64,000 nt of DNA from Eledone cirrhosa (lineage: Eukaryota): contig OZ024766.1 of assembly GCA_964016885.1 (NCBI GenBank), positions 9,734,001-9,798,000 on the forward strand, read 5' to 3'. The position numbers were made by a program, and so were the translations under genes. The stretch's first letter is position 1; every line of letters starts with the position of its first letter. The notes below the pieces were generated by a model. It was not told where the DNA came from. It searched no databases and saw only the letters and a list, made by a program, of their open reading frames with translations. Below, one piece after another: positions 28,570-48,117 of this stretch.

Positions 28570-28930
28570 GCAGTCCCTAGGGCATTGAAAATTTGAAATT
28601 TGTTTTGCTCAGAACACCCACAGGACCATAAATATTACATGTGTAAAGTTTGAAAACAATCGGTAGGGTGGTTCTCGAGTTTTAGGCAGCTGACTGACAG
28701 ACAGACATTCTCTATTTTAGATATATAAACTAGCAGAAAACCACCCAGCGGCCGGTTTTCTGCTAGTCTATATATCTAAAACAGAGAATGTCTGTCTGTC
28801 TGTCTGTCAGCTCACTAAAACTTGAGAACCATCCAACCGATTGTTTTCAAACTTTAGACATGTAATACTTATGGTCCTGTGAGTGTTTTGAGCAAGAATT
28901 ATTTCAAATTTTCAATGCCCTAGGGACCGC
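28570..28930. mobile_element. Inverted pair of non-autonomous Helitron-like ends forming a ~170-bp-arm palindrome
   Basis: tctatatatctaaaa...gtctgtctgtc 5'-end-like motif next to ggttttctgCTAGt; arms ~28570-28742 and ~28753-28930. Confidence 0.6.
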
Positions 28931-29064
28931 ATTAGGCGATTTAGCGTTCTCTCTATATAATTCTTAGTCTTTCTTTTTAGATAGATACATAGATATAACG
29001 TTGCGCCTTTATAATATCTGTCTGTATGTCTGTCTGTCTGCATTACGTCATTATGACGCACTCA

Positions 29065-29096
<32 letters not shown>

Positions 29097-29336
29097 GTAT
29101 CGTAATGCAGACAGCAAGACATAGCTTTCCTTCCCCTCTTCCAGCGTCTCTCTCTCTCCCTGCCGCTATCCCCCTCTTGTAGTCTGTCTCTTTCTTTCAC
29201 TCTCACTCTCACTCTCACTCTCTCTCTACGCGTCGGACAGACAGACAGACAGAGAAATTGCTGGTTATATATTATAAGGAGATATAAAGGTGGTGGACAG
29301 ACAGACTAAGAAACAGCTCTTCTTTTTATAAAATAG

Positions 29337-29678
<342 letters not shown>

Positions 29679-29704
29679 TGACAGTAATGTTCTGCCTCTT
29701 GAAC

Positions 29705-31050
29705 AATACCACCACCACTACCACTACCACCATCAACACCACTACCACTACTACCACTACCACCATCAACACCACTACCACTACTAACACTACCACCATC
29801 ACTACCACTACCAACACTGCCACCATCACTACCACTACTAACACTACCACCATCACTACCACTACTAACACTACCACCATCACTACCACTAACAACACTA
29901 CCACCATCACTACAACTACTAACACTACCACCATCACTACCACTAACAACACTACCACCATCACTACAACTACTAACACTACCACTACTAACACTACCAC
30001 CATCAACACCACTACCACTACTAACACTACCACCATCACTACCACTACTAACACTACCACCATCACTACCACTACTAACACTACCACCATCACTACCACT
30101 ACTAACACTACCACTACTAACACTACCACCACCACTACTAACACTACCACCATCACTATCACTACTAACACTACCACCATCAACACCACTACCACTACTA
30201 ACACTACCACCATCACTAACACTACCACCATCACTACCACTACTAACACTACCACTACTAACACTACCACCACCACTACTAACACTACCACCATCACTAT
30301 CACTACTAACACTACCACCATCAACACCACTACCACTACTAACACTACCACCATCACTAACACTACCACCATCACTACCACTACTAACACTACCACTACT
30401 AACACTACCACCATCACTACCACTACTAACACTACCACTACTAACACTACCACCATCACTACCACCAACACTACCACCACCACTACTAACACTACCACCA
30501 TCACTACCACTACTAACACTACCACCATCACTACCACTACTAACACTACCACTACTAACACTACCACCACCACTACTAACACTACCACCATCACTATCAC
30601 TACTAACACTACCACCATCACTACCACCAACACTACCACCACCACTACTAACACTACCACCATCACTACCACTACTAACACTACCACTACTAACACTACC
30701 ACCACCACTACTAACACTACCACCATCACTATCACTACTAACACTACCACCATCACTACCACCAACACTACCACCACCACTACTAACACTACCACCATCA
30801 CTACCACTACTAACACTACCACCATCACTACCACTATTAACACTACCACTACTAACACTACCACCATCACTACCACTACCACCAACACTACCACCACCAC
30901 CACTACCACTACTAACACTACCACCAACACTACCACCATCACTACCACCAACCCTACCACTACTAACACTACCACTACTAACACTACCACCACTACCACT
31001 ACCACCACCACCACCACTACCACTACCACCACCACCACTACCACCACCAT
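29705..31050. repeat. (ACT/ACC)n compound microsatellite filling an intron
   Basis: Direct inspection. Confidence 0.95.
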
Positions 31051-31085
31051 ACCTCTCTATATATATATCTCCCTCTCTATTTCAG

Positions 31086-31229
31086 TCCTACCACCGGTGC
31101 TGGTACCTCGACACCAACCCAATGATATTCCAGCCCGGGAAAACTTCCCCCCCCTGACCGACTATGCAACCACGGTCCCCAACACAGATTTTCCGGCTGG
31201 AGTTGACGAAAATACGTTCAACATACCAG
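31086..31229 (+). CDS. SMAD2/3: SMAD2/3 exon, linker (VLPPVLVPRH...FPAGVDENTFNIP)
   Basis: tttcag acceptor, cag|gtacc donor; 144 nt, phase 1/1; conserved VLPPVLVPR. Confidence 0.95.
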
Positions 31230-31329
31230 GTACCTTTTGCTCTTCCTTTTTAACTGTTTCAAAGGGTCAACTAACCCCTATTTTTTAAGATATTAGCTGC
31301 TAAATCATTCCTCATTTTAAAGAGTTCCC

Positions 31330-31905
31330 ATTTAAATTAAAACCTTCCAACATAATTTTATATAAAGACCCTACATTAAGTTACTATCTTCGTAATGAAA
31401 TAATTTTAGTAAATCCCTCAAAATTCTTTGTTAATTAATTGAAATACATGGCTCCAGTTTAAACTTACTATCTTAGTAATGAAATAATTTTAGTAAATCC
31501 CTCAAAATTCTTTGTTAATTAATTGAAATACATGGTTCCAGTTTAAACTTAAAATCTTCCAACATAATTTTATATAAGAACCCTACATTAAGTTATTATC
31601 TTAGTAATGAAATAATTAATAATTTTAGTAAATCCCTCAAAATTCTTCATTAATTAATTGAAATACATGGTTCCAGTTTAAACTTAAAATCTTCCAACAT
31701 AATTTTATATAAGGACCCTACATTAAGTTATTATCTTAGTAATGAAATAATTAATAATTTTAGTAAATCCCTCAAAATTCTTCATTAATTAATTGAAATA
31801 CATGGTTCCAGTTTAAACTTAAAATCTTCCAACATAATTTTATATAAGGACCCTACATTAACTTACTATCTTAGTAATGAAATAATTAATAATTTTAGTA
31901 AAACC
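31330..31905. repeat. ~135-bp AT-rich tandem repeat; single related copy at ~47955-48115
   Basis: aattttagtaaatccctcaaaattc at 31621 and 31756. Confidence 0.8.
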
Positions 31906-31964
31906 AGCTCTGGTTCTTTGAAACAAAACCTCTTGTTTTAACCCTTTAGCAATTATAAAACCGT

Positions 31965-33000
31965 GATATTGTCGGGCAGAAGTGTGTCCGTAATGATGAT
32001 GGTGTACTTGCCATCACTGATGCTGATGAGAAGGTAACTTGGAAGTGTCACTACAAGAGGCTACTAAATGAGGAGAATAAATGGGAAAAAAATAGTCTGC
32101 CCCAAATCGATCCAATAGAAGGACCAGCAGTGCAAGTTGAAGGTAGTATAAGAAGTAAGGCAATCAAAGATATGAAAACAGGCAAGACAGCTGGGCCTTC
32201 GGAGATAGTTGCTGAAATGCTGAAAGCATCTGGAATGGTGGGACACACTATGGTCACCCGGATAGTAAACCAAGTCATACAGAATGGGGTTATACCAAAT
32301 GACTGGCGTAGCAGCATCATCATTAACTGCTACAAGGGTAAAGGAGATGCCCTAGATAGGGGAAACTATAGAGGTATTAAATTGATTGACCAGGTCATGA
32401 AGGTCACAGAAAGAGTTATAGCACAACTAATCAGAGAGTGAATATAGGGTACTGGTCCCCTCTGGCAAATGGCCATGCTCAGTGTGTAGGAAAGGAGTAG
32501 GCAGAAATTCCATATGTCCCAAATGCAAACTATGGGTACATAAAAGATGTAGTGGGATCACAGGTAAGCTATCTAAGAAGGTAGACGTTATATGTGGCCG
32601 ATGCTCAGGCAAAATAAGTAGCAAGCGCCCACAGGATACTAGCTCCCTCTATTGCCCAGATGGTTCTATAGAAATAGTGGATACCGTCCGTTACCTGTGT
32701 GACAAAATCAGCAGTGGTGGAGGGTGCTCTGAAAGTACAGTAGCCAGAGTCAGAACGGGATGGAAAAAGTTCAGAGAGCTTATACCACTGTTGGCCACTA
32801 AAGGTTTCTCTCTAAAAATGAAAGGCAGATTGTATGATGCCTGTATACGAACAGCAATGCTACGTGGCAGACCCAGAAAAACCTGGGACGATTTGATAGA
32901 TTCCGACTTCACACACTTACACCTCTCCAAGACAATCTCACTGGACCGAGAGCTTTGGCGCTAGGCAGTAATACAGAAGACCCGCCTTACCTAAGTAAAA
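31965..33000 (+). mobile_element. Internally deleted RTE-type LINE (RT N-terminal part fused to zinc-finger region and 3' end)
   Basis: KTGKTAGPSEIVAEMLK, DWRSSIIINCYKGKGD, NYRGIKL; CRKGVGRNSI..WVHKRC; RGRPRKTW. Confidence 0.9.
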
Positions 33001-33831
33001 AAGGGAAACTTACAGTCAGTAGGCACCTCTTAATCAAATATACACCCCCACCCCATCCACACCACCCCCTTCAATGTGAAGTTATGTTGGTACCACAACA
33101 TCCAGTCCTAAATAAATGAGGTTGTGTAGGTGTCACAACAAAGGAACACACAGTCCACGCTGTAATGTGGCCGTGTAGGTAACACGGTAAAAACCTCCCA
33201 GTCCAGACTGTAAATGTGGTTGGTGTTAGGAAGGGCATCCAGCCGTAGAAAACCCGCCAGACAGTCCTATACGAGCAAGACAACCAATCTTGCCTCAAGT
33301 GGGACAATTCCCGTCTAAACCCCATGCAAGCGTGGAAGATGGACGTCAAATGGTGGCTACACCCGATATGCCACCTCCATACACACATGCATGTATATAT
33401 GTGTCTGTGTGTATATCATGACGCATACACTGTTCACTTTCCTGACATTTGTACATTATTCTATGTACTATACATGCGCCTTTGATGAGTTGTAGTGCAC
33501 CTGAGCACTGTACACAATTTCATTATTATTGAATGGGCCTACTCTGAGTATGTGTCTGTAAATTAAAGGTGGAAAACTGGGAGAGGGCACTTGCCCTGGT
33601 GGTCAGGGTCACTGTGGCCTTTTAGTGGGCTTTCTCCACGAATGTCCCTCGGAAGTCTCCCCCCTATTGGGGAATTTTTTCATGGTTCTATTATTACATC
33701 CTCTGTTTCTTGTTTTTTTTTACACGCAGAAATGCCCATTTATACCGTTCTGTACTGTCCTTAATGTCTACTTTGTGTAAACCCCTGTGGTTAATAAAGA
33801 AAGCATTATTATTATTATTATTATTATTATG

Positions 33832-34040
33832 ATTACTCTATATTTTCTATGGTATTTTCACAGTATAGGTCTTATCTGACATAATTATCTCGCATAATAA
33901 CGAACCTACAAGATTTTGCTATTATCTATTTTGAGAACAATACCTTAACATCAGTATGAGCAACTGGTTAGAGCCAGTTTGAACAGAAAGAGGTGAAAGA
34001 ATTCTGGCCAGATACGGCCGGTTTAAATGCTGAAGGTTTA
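33832..34040. mobile_element. Right part of the piggyBac-like MITE with a single (unamplified) 72-bp unit
   Basis: Matches 25090-25284; the left TIR is probably ttaaccctttagca at ~31938, before the nested LINE. Confidence 0.6.
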
Positions 34041-34115
34041 ATGTGTGACGAAAGATGTGTGATTTGGCTGCTGTTTTTTACATATCAATCATGGATACCT
34101 TTGCTTTAATTCCAG

Positions 34116-34175
34116 AAACTCCACCACCCGGTTACATTAGTGAGGATGGTGAAACCACAGATAATCAAGGAATGG
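34116..34175 (+). CDS. SMAD2/3: SMAD2/3 exon, linker PY motif (ETPPPGYISEDGETTDNQGM)
   Basis: ttccag acceptor, g|gtagg donor; 60 nt, phase 1/1; ETPPPGY is characteristic of SMAD2/3. Confidence 0.95.
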
Positions 34176-34224
34176 GTAGGTATTTCTTGTCTTTTGTGGA
34201 GGGTTCGTCTTTATATTTGGTAGG

Positions 34225-35180
34225 TGAGCATTCAGTAATCTGAAGAAGGGAGTTGGGTGTAAAAACCAAACTCGCTGTCTTCAATTCGGTATTTGTCCCA
34301 ACCCTTGCCTACGGTTGTGAATCTTGGGTAATGACCGAAAGAAATCGATCGCGAATACAAGCAGCCGAAATAGGGTTCCTTCGAAGGGTCTTTGGAGTAA
34401 GGTTACTCGATAAAGTGTGTAGCTGGGACCTCAGTGAGTCACTCCAAGTAGAGCAGCTACTTTTCTGAATTGAGAGATCACAGCTCTGATACTACAGACA
34501 TGTGGTTAGAATGTCTTATGAAAGAATCTCTGAATTGAGAGATCACAGCTCTGATACTATGACATGTGGTTAGAATGTCTCATGAAAGAATCTCTGAATT
34601 GAGAGATCACAGCTCTGATACTATGGACATGTGGTTTGAATGTCTCAGGAAAGAATCTCTGATTTGAGAGATAACAGCTCTGATACTACAGACATGTGGT
34701 TAGAATGTCTCAGGAAAGAATCTCTGAATTGAGAGATCACAGCTCTGATACTATGGACATGTGGTTAGAATGTCTCAGGAAAGAATCTCTGAATTGAGAG
34801 ATCACAGCTCTGATACTATGGACATGTGGTTAGAATGTCTCAAGAAAGAATCTCTGATTTGAGAGATAACAGCTCTGATACTACAGACATGTGGTTAGAA
34901 TGTCTCAGGAAAGAATCTCTGAATTGAGAGATCACAGCTCTGATACTATGGACATGTGGTTAGAATGTCTCAGGAAAGAATCTCTGATTTGAGAGATAAC
35001 AGCTCTGATACTACAGACATGTGGTTAGAATGTCTCAGGAAAGAATCTCTGAATTGAGAGATCACAGCTCTGATACTATGGACATGTGGTTAGAATGTCT
35101 CAGGAAACAATCTCTGAATTGAGAGATCACAGCTCTGATACTATGGACATGTGGTTAGAATATCCCAGGAAAGAATCTCA
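34225..35180 (+). mobile_element. RTE-type LINE fragment ending in a 65-bp tandem array (~11 copies, 34465-35180)
   Basis: PTLAYGCESW...RIQAAEIGFLRR; same 65-bp unit as 11254. Confidence 0.88.
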
Positions 35181-35194
35181 GGACTATCTGGCAG

Positions 35195-35432
35195 GTTTTC
35201 TACAGCTGGATGCCCTTCCTAACACCAACCTAATTTACAGTGAGTGCTGGGTGCTTTCTTTGCCGTGGCACCTCCATGACCACTTTACAGTGGAATGATA
35301 GGGACCCCAGTCCCTATCATCTCATTTCTACAGCTGAGTAAACTGGAGCAATGTGAAATAAAGTGTCTTGCTCAAGGAAACAACACATCACCCGGTCTGA
35401 GAATTGAACTCACAACTTTTCGAGCCATGTGC
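35195..35432 (-). mobile_element. SINE family 2
   Basis: Reverse complement of the 23138 element. Confidence 0.8.
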
Positions 35433-35724
35433 CTCTATATATATATATATGTGTGTGTCTGTGTAAAAGGTAAACAGAAATAACAACACAATTGGTACAG
35501 TATATGGAAGGTATATATTAGGTTAAAGCTTGGACTAGCAGGAAGAGGGTCTTAACGTTTTGGATGCTAGTCCTTCATCAGAAGAAAGAATGAGAAATAA
35601 GATAGATTGAGGGGACGGGCGGGGTGGTATTGGAAAAAATGTCTTTAGATAAAAATAACAGGTCCATTCATGTTGACATCATATATTAATAACATTTTAA
35701 GAGGTTTTCTTTGGTCTATTTCAG

Positions 35725-35757
35725 ATGGTGTTGACTTGTCTCCTAGTCCTCCAATAG
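35725..35757 (+). CDS. SMAD2/3: SMAD2/3 33-nt linker microexon (DGVDLSPSPPI)
   Basis: ctatttcag acceptor, tag|gtaagg donor; phase 1/1; encodes the SP motifs expected in the SMAD2/3 linker. Confidence 0.8.
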   Translation: MVLTCLLVLQ

Positions 35758-35801
35758 GTAAGGTTGTTGTTGTTACTGTTGTAGAGGTGTTCTGTAGTTA
35801 A

Positions 35802-40752
<4,951 letters not shown>

Positions 40753-40754
40753 GT

Positions 40755-41540
40755 TGTCCTCCATATCCAGTTTTGGTCTTTAGGGTGCTGAGGTAGACAA
40801 CACCAGGCAATGTCTCACAGCCGCTCTCCGTGAATTTCTTTTCCATAGTATCGACATTGGCCAAGTTCCATTTATACAAACCCCTCTCCACGGACTCCAA
40901 CCACGTCTTCCTTGGTCTGCCGTGATCTCTAGTGCCAGGGACTGCCAAGTGAGTGATGGAGTTGATGTATGACATGGCTCGCTGTACATGTCCTTACTAA
41001 CAGAGACGTTGTGTGTGAAGGGCAGCAGTGATCTCGTCCCCACCCAGCTTCTGGTGGAGCACTGTTCTTCTTCCTTGGTCTGCCGTGATCTCTAGTGTCA
41101 GGGACTGCCAAGTGAGTGATGGAGTTGATGTATGACATGGCTCGCTGTACATGTCCTTACTAACAGAGACGTTGTGTGTGAAGGGCAGCAGTGATCTCGT
41201 CCCCACCCAGCTTCTGGTGGAGCACTGTTCTTCTTCCTTGGTCTGCCGTGATCTCTAGTGTCAGGGACTGCCAAGTGAGTGATGGAGTTGATATATGGCG
41301 TGGCTTGCTGTACATGTCCTTACCAACAGAGACGTTGTGTGTGAAGGGCAGCAGTGATCTCATCCCCACCCAGCTTCTGGTGGAGCACTGTTCTTCTTCC
41401 TTGGTCTGCCGTGATCTCTAGTGTCAGGGACTGCCAAGTGAGTGATGGAGTTGATATATGGCGTGGCTCGCTGTACATGTCCTTACCAACAGAGATGTTG
41501 TGTGTGAAGGACAGCAGTGATCTCATCCCCACCCAGCTTC
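40755..41540 (-). mobile_element. LINE 3' fragment with a 163-bp tandem array (~4 copies)
   Basis: QRLCW*GHVQRA...RDHGRPRKTW in minus frames. Confidence 0.8.
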
Positions 41541-41571
41541 TAGATCGAAAACTCTACTTCGAAAGATCGAG

Positions 41572-41664
41572 ACGTATCTGAGGACCTTGCGATTTCAGAG
41601 TCAGGTTCGATCACCACATCGATCGTGCCTCAAGCTGGTCACCAGAGAAACGATTGTAGTATGT
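41572..41664 (+). ncRNA. Degenerate hammerhead motif with long stem II
   Basis: acgtat-CTGAGGA-...-GAAA-cgattg-TA-gtatgt. Confidence 0.45.
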
Positions 41665-41717
41665 ATAATAAATTTTAATTCGTCGCACCACTGATTCCCC
41701 GTTTCTTATGTGATATT

Positions 41718-41768
<51 letters not shown>

Positions 41769-41945
41769 GTTTAACGTCCATCTTCCATGCTTGCATGGGT
41801 TTGGACGGGAGTTTTCCCACTTAAGGCAAGAGTGGTTGTCTTGCTCGCATAGGACTGTCTGGCGGGTTTTCTACAGCTGGATGCCCTTTATATATATATA
41901 GTGACGAAACATAAGTCAATTGCATGAACTCATAATCCTTTATTT

Positions 41946-42001
41946 ACTGCTATATATATTTCGATGATAGCCATTGAATGGCTATGACCTCATCAGGCAG
42001 T
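41946..42001 (-). ncRNA. Minimal type-I hammerhead ribozyme motif, intact core
   Basis: Minus strand: actgc-CTGATGA-ggtcatagccat tca atggctatcatc-GAAA-tatata-TA-gcagt. Confidence 0.85.
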
Positions 42002-42064
42002 TAGTCAGTTCTCAGATATGCCAGCTCTGTGTTTATAGTGTTGATGGTATCAGAGCCTTGGGAC

Positions 42065-42098
<34 letters not shown>

Positions 42099-42143
42099 AT
42101 AACCAAATATTAATAGTTGAAGTATGTCATACATCAATTCATG

Positions 42144-42208
42144 TATTTTATCTGACGAGGACGTACTGAAAAAACAGCACAGTACCTTCGAAATATATAT
42201 AATAAAAC
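42144..42208 (+). ncRNA. Minimal type-I hammerhead ribozyme motif (family of 128-194)
   Basis: ttttat-CTGACGA-ggacgtactg..cagtaccttc-GAAA-tatata-TA-ataaaa. Confidence 0.75.
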
Positions 42209-42254
42209 ATATTTTGATTATGTGAATGTCTTCATTTATAATTATTCTGTGGAT

Positions 42255-42583
42255 TGGCAGTATCGGTAGAGGGTCGGACGCCATGCTTTCCAGCATAGAG
42301 TTACGTCCCTTTACGATCTGAGTTCAAATCCCGCCGAGGTTGACTTTGCCTTTCATCCTTACGGGGTCGATAAAATAAAGTACCAGTAATGTACTGGGTA
42401 TTTGCTGGCCTTGTGCCTAAAGTAGAAACAATTATTCTGAATAATTATATATATATATAGAGTAATAATTGTTTCTGTTTTGGGCACAAGGCCAGCAATT
42501 ATCCCAGTGCATTACTGGTACTTTATTTTATCGACCCCGTAAGGATGAAAGGCAAAGTCAACCTCGGCGGGATTTGAACTCAG
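42255..42583. mobile_element. Tail-to-tail inverted pair of SINE family 1 (+ 42255-42432; - 42465-42583)
   Basis: A and B boxes and central domain present in both orientations. Confidence 0.85.
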
Positions 42584-42795
42584 ATTGGCAATATATGGTA
42601 ATAATAATCAGTGTGAAGACTAAAATGCAAAGAGGGTTCGATAAGTTTCAGAAGAAGATCCTGTTAAGGGTGAAAGCAGCGATTCTTTGCTTAAACTTTA
42701 ATCTGTTATTTTAATAAATATATATATAAATGTAAATTATTAAAAAAATAATGAATAAACAAAGAAACAGTTCCTTATATTAAACAAAAGAAGTT

Positions 42796-42935
42796 CATTA
42801 TTTTACGATCGTTTCTAGGACATATATGTGTTAGAATTGGTATGCATATTCTATAGATCTATGTACAATATTTATACAAACTATCAGAGGGAATATACAT
42901 ACCTTCACATATATATGTTGTCTTCAGAAATAATG
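42796..42935 (-). ncRNA. Type-I hammerhead motif with long stem II
   Basis: Minus strand: cattattt-CTGAAGA-(~105-nt hairpin)-GAAA-cgatcg-TA-aaataatg; 8-bp stem I. Confidence 0.7.
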
Positions 42936-43191
42936 ATGCTTGTTTATTGATAAGAACAAAGATTCAATACAATAGGTCTGTTTGGGAACAGGTTTTGAAT
43001 AGACAAATGAAATAGAGATTGAAATATATAAAAATCTATCAAGAAATATAGTTAGGTGTGTGTATATGTATGTAAATACGCTCGCAGATGTGCATATATG
43101 TGTATGCACATATGTATACGTATAGTGACACATATGCATACGTATAGTGGACACAACCGTAAACTTTTGGTAGATTTATCTATATATATAA

Positions 43192-43225
<34 letters not shown>

Positions 43226-43380
43226 TTAAGGATATTATTTATGGTTATGTATATACTAAAACCTTTTATAGTTATATATATTTTATACCCTAAATAGTGA
43301 AAGACAGTAATTTATTACTATCTTATTACCAGTAAGATAAATAGCTCAATGTAACAACATCAGTTGTTTTACAGAGCAGT

Positions 43381-43962
<582 letters not shown>

Positions 43963-44229
43963 TAATTAAGCATTGTAATACCAACCTCATCAAAACAGCC
44001 TCTTGTTCTCTCAAACGAAGCGTTCCAGTTTATATGACTCCTGTTTAACCCCTTTGAGACTAAATCTCTGCTGTAAGTACCTTTGTTAAGTTATGTTCCA
44101 AACACCCCTGGTTCTATGATACAAAACTGTTTGTAAGAACCTTTGTTAAGTTATGTTCCAAACACCCTAGGTTCTATTATACAAAACTGTTTATAAGAAC
44201 CTTTGTTAAGTTATGTTCCAAACACCACC

Positions 44230-45447
<1,218 letters not shown>

Positions 45448-45737
45448 TAAGTCTCTCTCTCTCCCTCTCTCCCTCTCTCTCACTCTCTCTCTATATATAT
45501 ATATCTCTCTCTCTCTATATATATATATATATCTCTCTCTCTATAGATCTATATATATATATATATCTTTCGTATATATATGTGTGTGTGTGTGTATTTA
45601 TGTATATATAGTATATGTATTTTTGTATATAAGACTGTCCTATATGAGAGAGACACGGTTACCCGACCCAACTTGCCTCAAATGGGACAAAGCCGTCCAA
45701 CCCATGCTAGTGGGGAAGATAGATGTCAAGCGATGAT

Positions 45738-45772
<35 letters not shown>

Positions 45773-45776
45773 ATGT

Positions 45777-47872
45777 GGAGGCACATGGCTTAGTGGTTAG
45801 AGCATTGGGCTTGCAATTGAAAGGTTGTGAGTTCAATTTTCAGACCAGGTGATGTGTTGTTTCCTTGAGCAAGAGACTTTATTTCACATTGCTCCAGTTT
45901 ACTCAGCTGTAGAAATGAGATGATAGAGACTGGGGTCCCTGTCATTCCACTGCAAAGTGGTCGTGGAGGTACCACGACAAAAAAAGCACCCAGCCCGCAC
46001 TGTAAAATAGTTGTGGGGGTGCCACAGCAAAAAAGCACCCAGCCCACACTGTAAAGTGGTCGTGGAGGTGCCACAGCAAAAAAGCACCCACCCCACACTG
46101 TAAAGTGGTCGTGGAGGTGCCACAGCAAAAAAGCACCCAGCCCACACTGTAAAGTGGTTGTGGAGGTGCCACAGCACAAAAGCACCCACCCCACACTGTA
46201 AAGTGGTTGTGGAGGTGCTACAGCAAAAAAGCACCCAGCCCACACTGTAAAGTGGTCGTGGAGGTGCCACAGCACAAAAGCACCCACCCCACACTGTAAA
46301 GTGGTCGTGGAGGTGCCACAGCAAAAAAGCACCCACCCCACACTGTAAAGTGGTCGTGGAGGTGCCACGGCAAAAAAGCACCCAGCCCACACTGAAAAGT
46401 GGTCGTGGAGGTGCCACAGCAAAAAAGCACCCAGCCCACACTGTAAAGTGGTCGTGGAGGTGCCACAGCACAAAAGCACCCAGCCCACACTGTAAAGTGG
46501 TCATGGAGGTGCCACAGCAAAAAAGCACCCAGCACTCACTGTAAAGTGGTCGTGGAGGTGCCACGGAAAAAAAGCACCCAGCCCACACTGTAAAGTGGTC
46601 GTGGAGGTGCCACGGCACAAAAGCACCCAGCCCACACTGTAAAGTGGTCATGGAGGTGCCACAGCAAAAAAGCACCCAGCACTCACTGTAAAGTGGTCGT
46701 GGAGGTGCCACGGAAAAAAAGCACCCAGCCCACACTGTAAAGTGGACGTGTAGGTGCCACAGCACAAAAGCACCCAGCCCACATTGTAAAGTGGTCATGG
46801 AGGTGCCACAGCACAAAAGCACCCAGCCCACACTGAAAAGTGGTCATGGAGGTGCCACAGCAAAAAAGCACCCAGCCCACACTGTAAAGTGGTCGTAGAG
46901 GTGCCACAGCACAAAAGCACCCAGCCCACACTGTAAAGTGGTCGTGGAGGTGCCACGGCAAAAAAGCACCCAGCACTCACTGTAAAGTGGTCGTGGAGGT
47001 GCTACAGCAAAAAAGCACCCAGCCCACACTGTAAAGTGGTCGTGGAGGTGCCACGGCAAAAAAAGCACCCAGCACTCACTGTAAAGTGGTCGTGGAGGTG
47101 CCACAGCACAAAAGCACCCACCCCACACTGTAAAGTGGTCTTGGAGGTGCCACGGCAAAAAACCACCCAGCACTCACTGTAAAGTGGTCATGGAGGTGCC
47201 ACAGCACAAAAGCACCCAGTCCACACTGTAAAGTGGTCATGGAGGTGCCACAGCAAAAAAGCACCCAGCCCACACTGTAAAGTGGTCGTGGAGGTGCCAC
47301 AGCACAAAAGCACCCACCCCACACTGTAAAGTGGTCGTGGAGGTGCCACGGCAAAAAACCACCCAGCACTCACTGTAAAGTGGTCGTGGAGGTGCCACAG
47401 CACAAAAGCACCCAGCCCACACTGTAAAGTGGTCATGGAGGTGCCACAGCAAAAAAGCACCCAGCCCACACTGTAAAGTGGTCATGGAGGTGCCACAGCA
47501 CAAAAGCACCCACCCCACACTGTAAAGTGGTCGTGGAGGTGCTACAGCACAAAAGCACCCACCCCACACTGTAAAATAGTTGTGGAGGTGCCACAGTAAA
47601 AAAGCACCCACCCCACACTGTAAAGTGGTCGTGGAGGTGCCACGGCAAAAAAGCACCCAGCCCTCACTGTAAAGTGGTCGTGGAGGTGCCACGGCAAAGA
47701 AAGCACCCAGCACTCACTGTAAAGTGGTCGTGGAGGTGCCACGGCAAAGAAAGCACCCAGCACTCACTGTAAATGAGGTTGGTGTTAGGAAGGGCATCCA
47801 GCTGTAGAAATCAAGCCAGAATCAGTTCCCGTCCCACCCTTGCAAGCAGGGACAAGCAGACGTAAAATGATG
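45777..47872 (+). mobile_element. SINE family 2 whose internal 49-bp unit has expanded to ~37 copies (45948-47770)
   Basis: tRNA head at 45777 and LINE-like tail at ~47830 match the compact 23138 copy. Confidence 0.9.
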
Positions 47873-48117
47873 TGTATATATATTTGAGAAAAGTCATCGC
47901 TACAGCAGCCATTAAACCAGTTAAATGCTGTCAAGGGACAGAGATCAGCGGCTCCAAATTCTTCATTAATTAATTGGAATACAGGGTTATTATTTGATTA
48001 AAATCTTCCAACATAATTTTATAGAAGAACCTTACATTAGGTTACTATCTTAAAGAATTAATTAATAATTTTTGTAAAACCAGCTCTGGTTCTATGAAAC
48101 AAAACCTCTTGTTTTAA

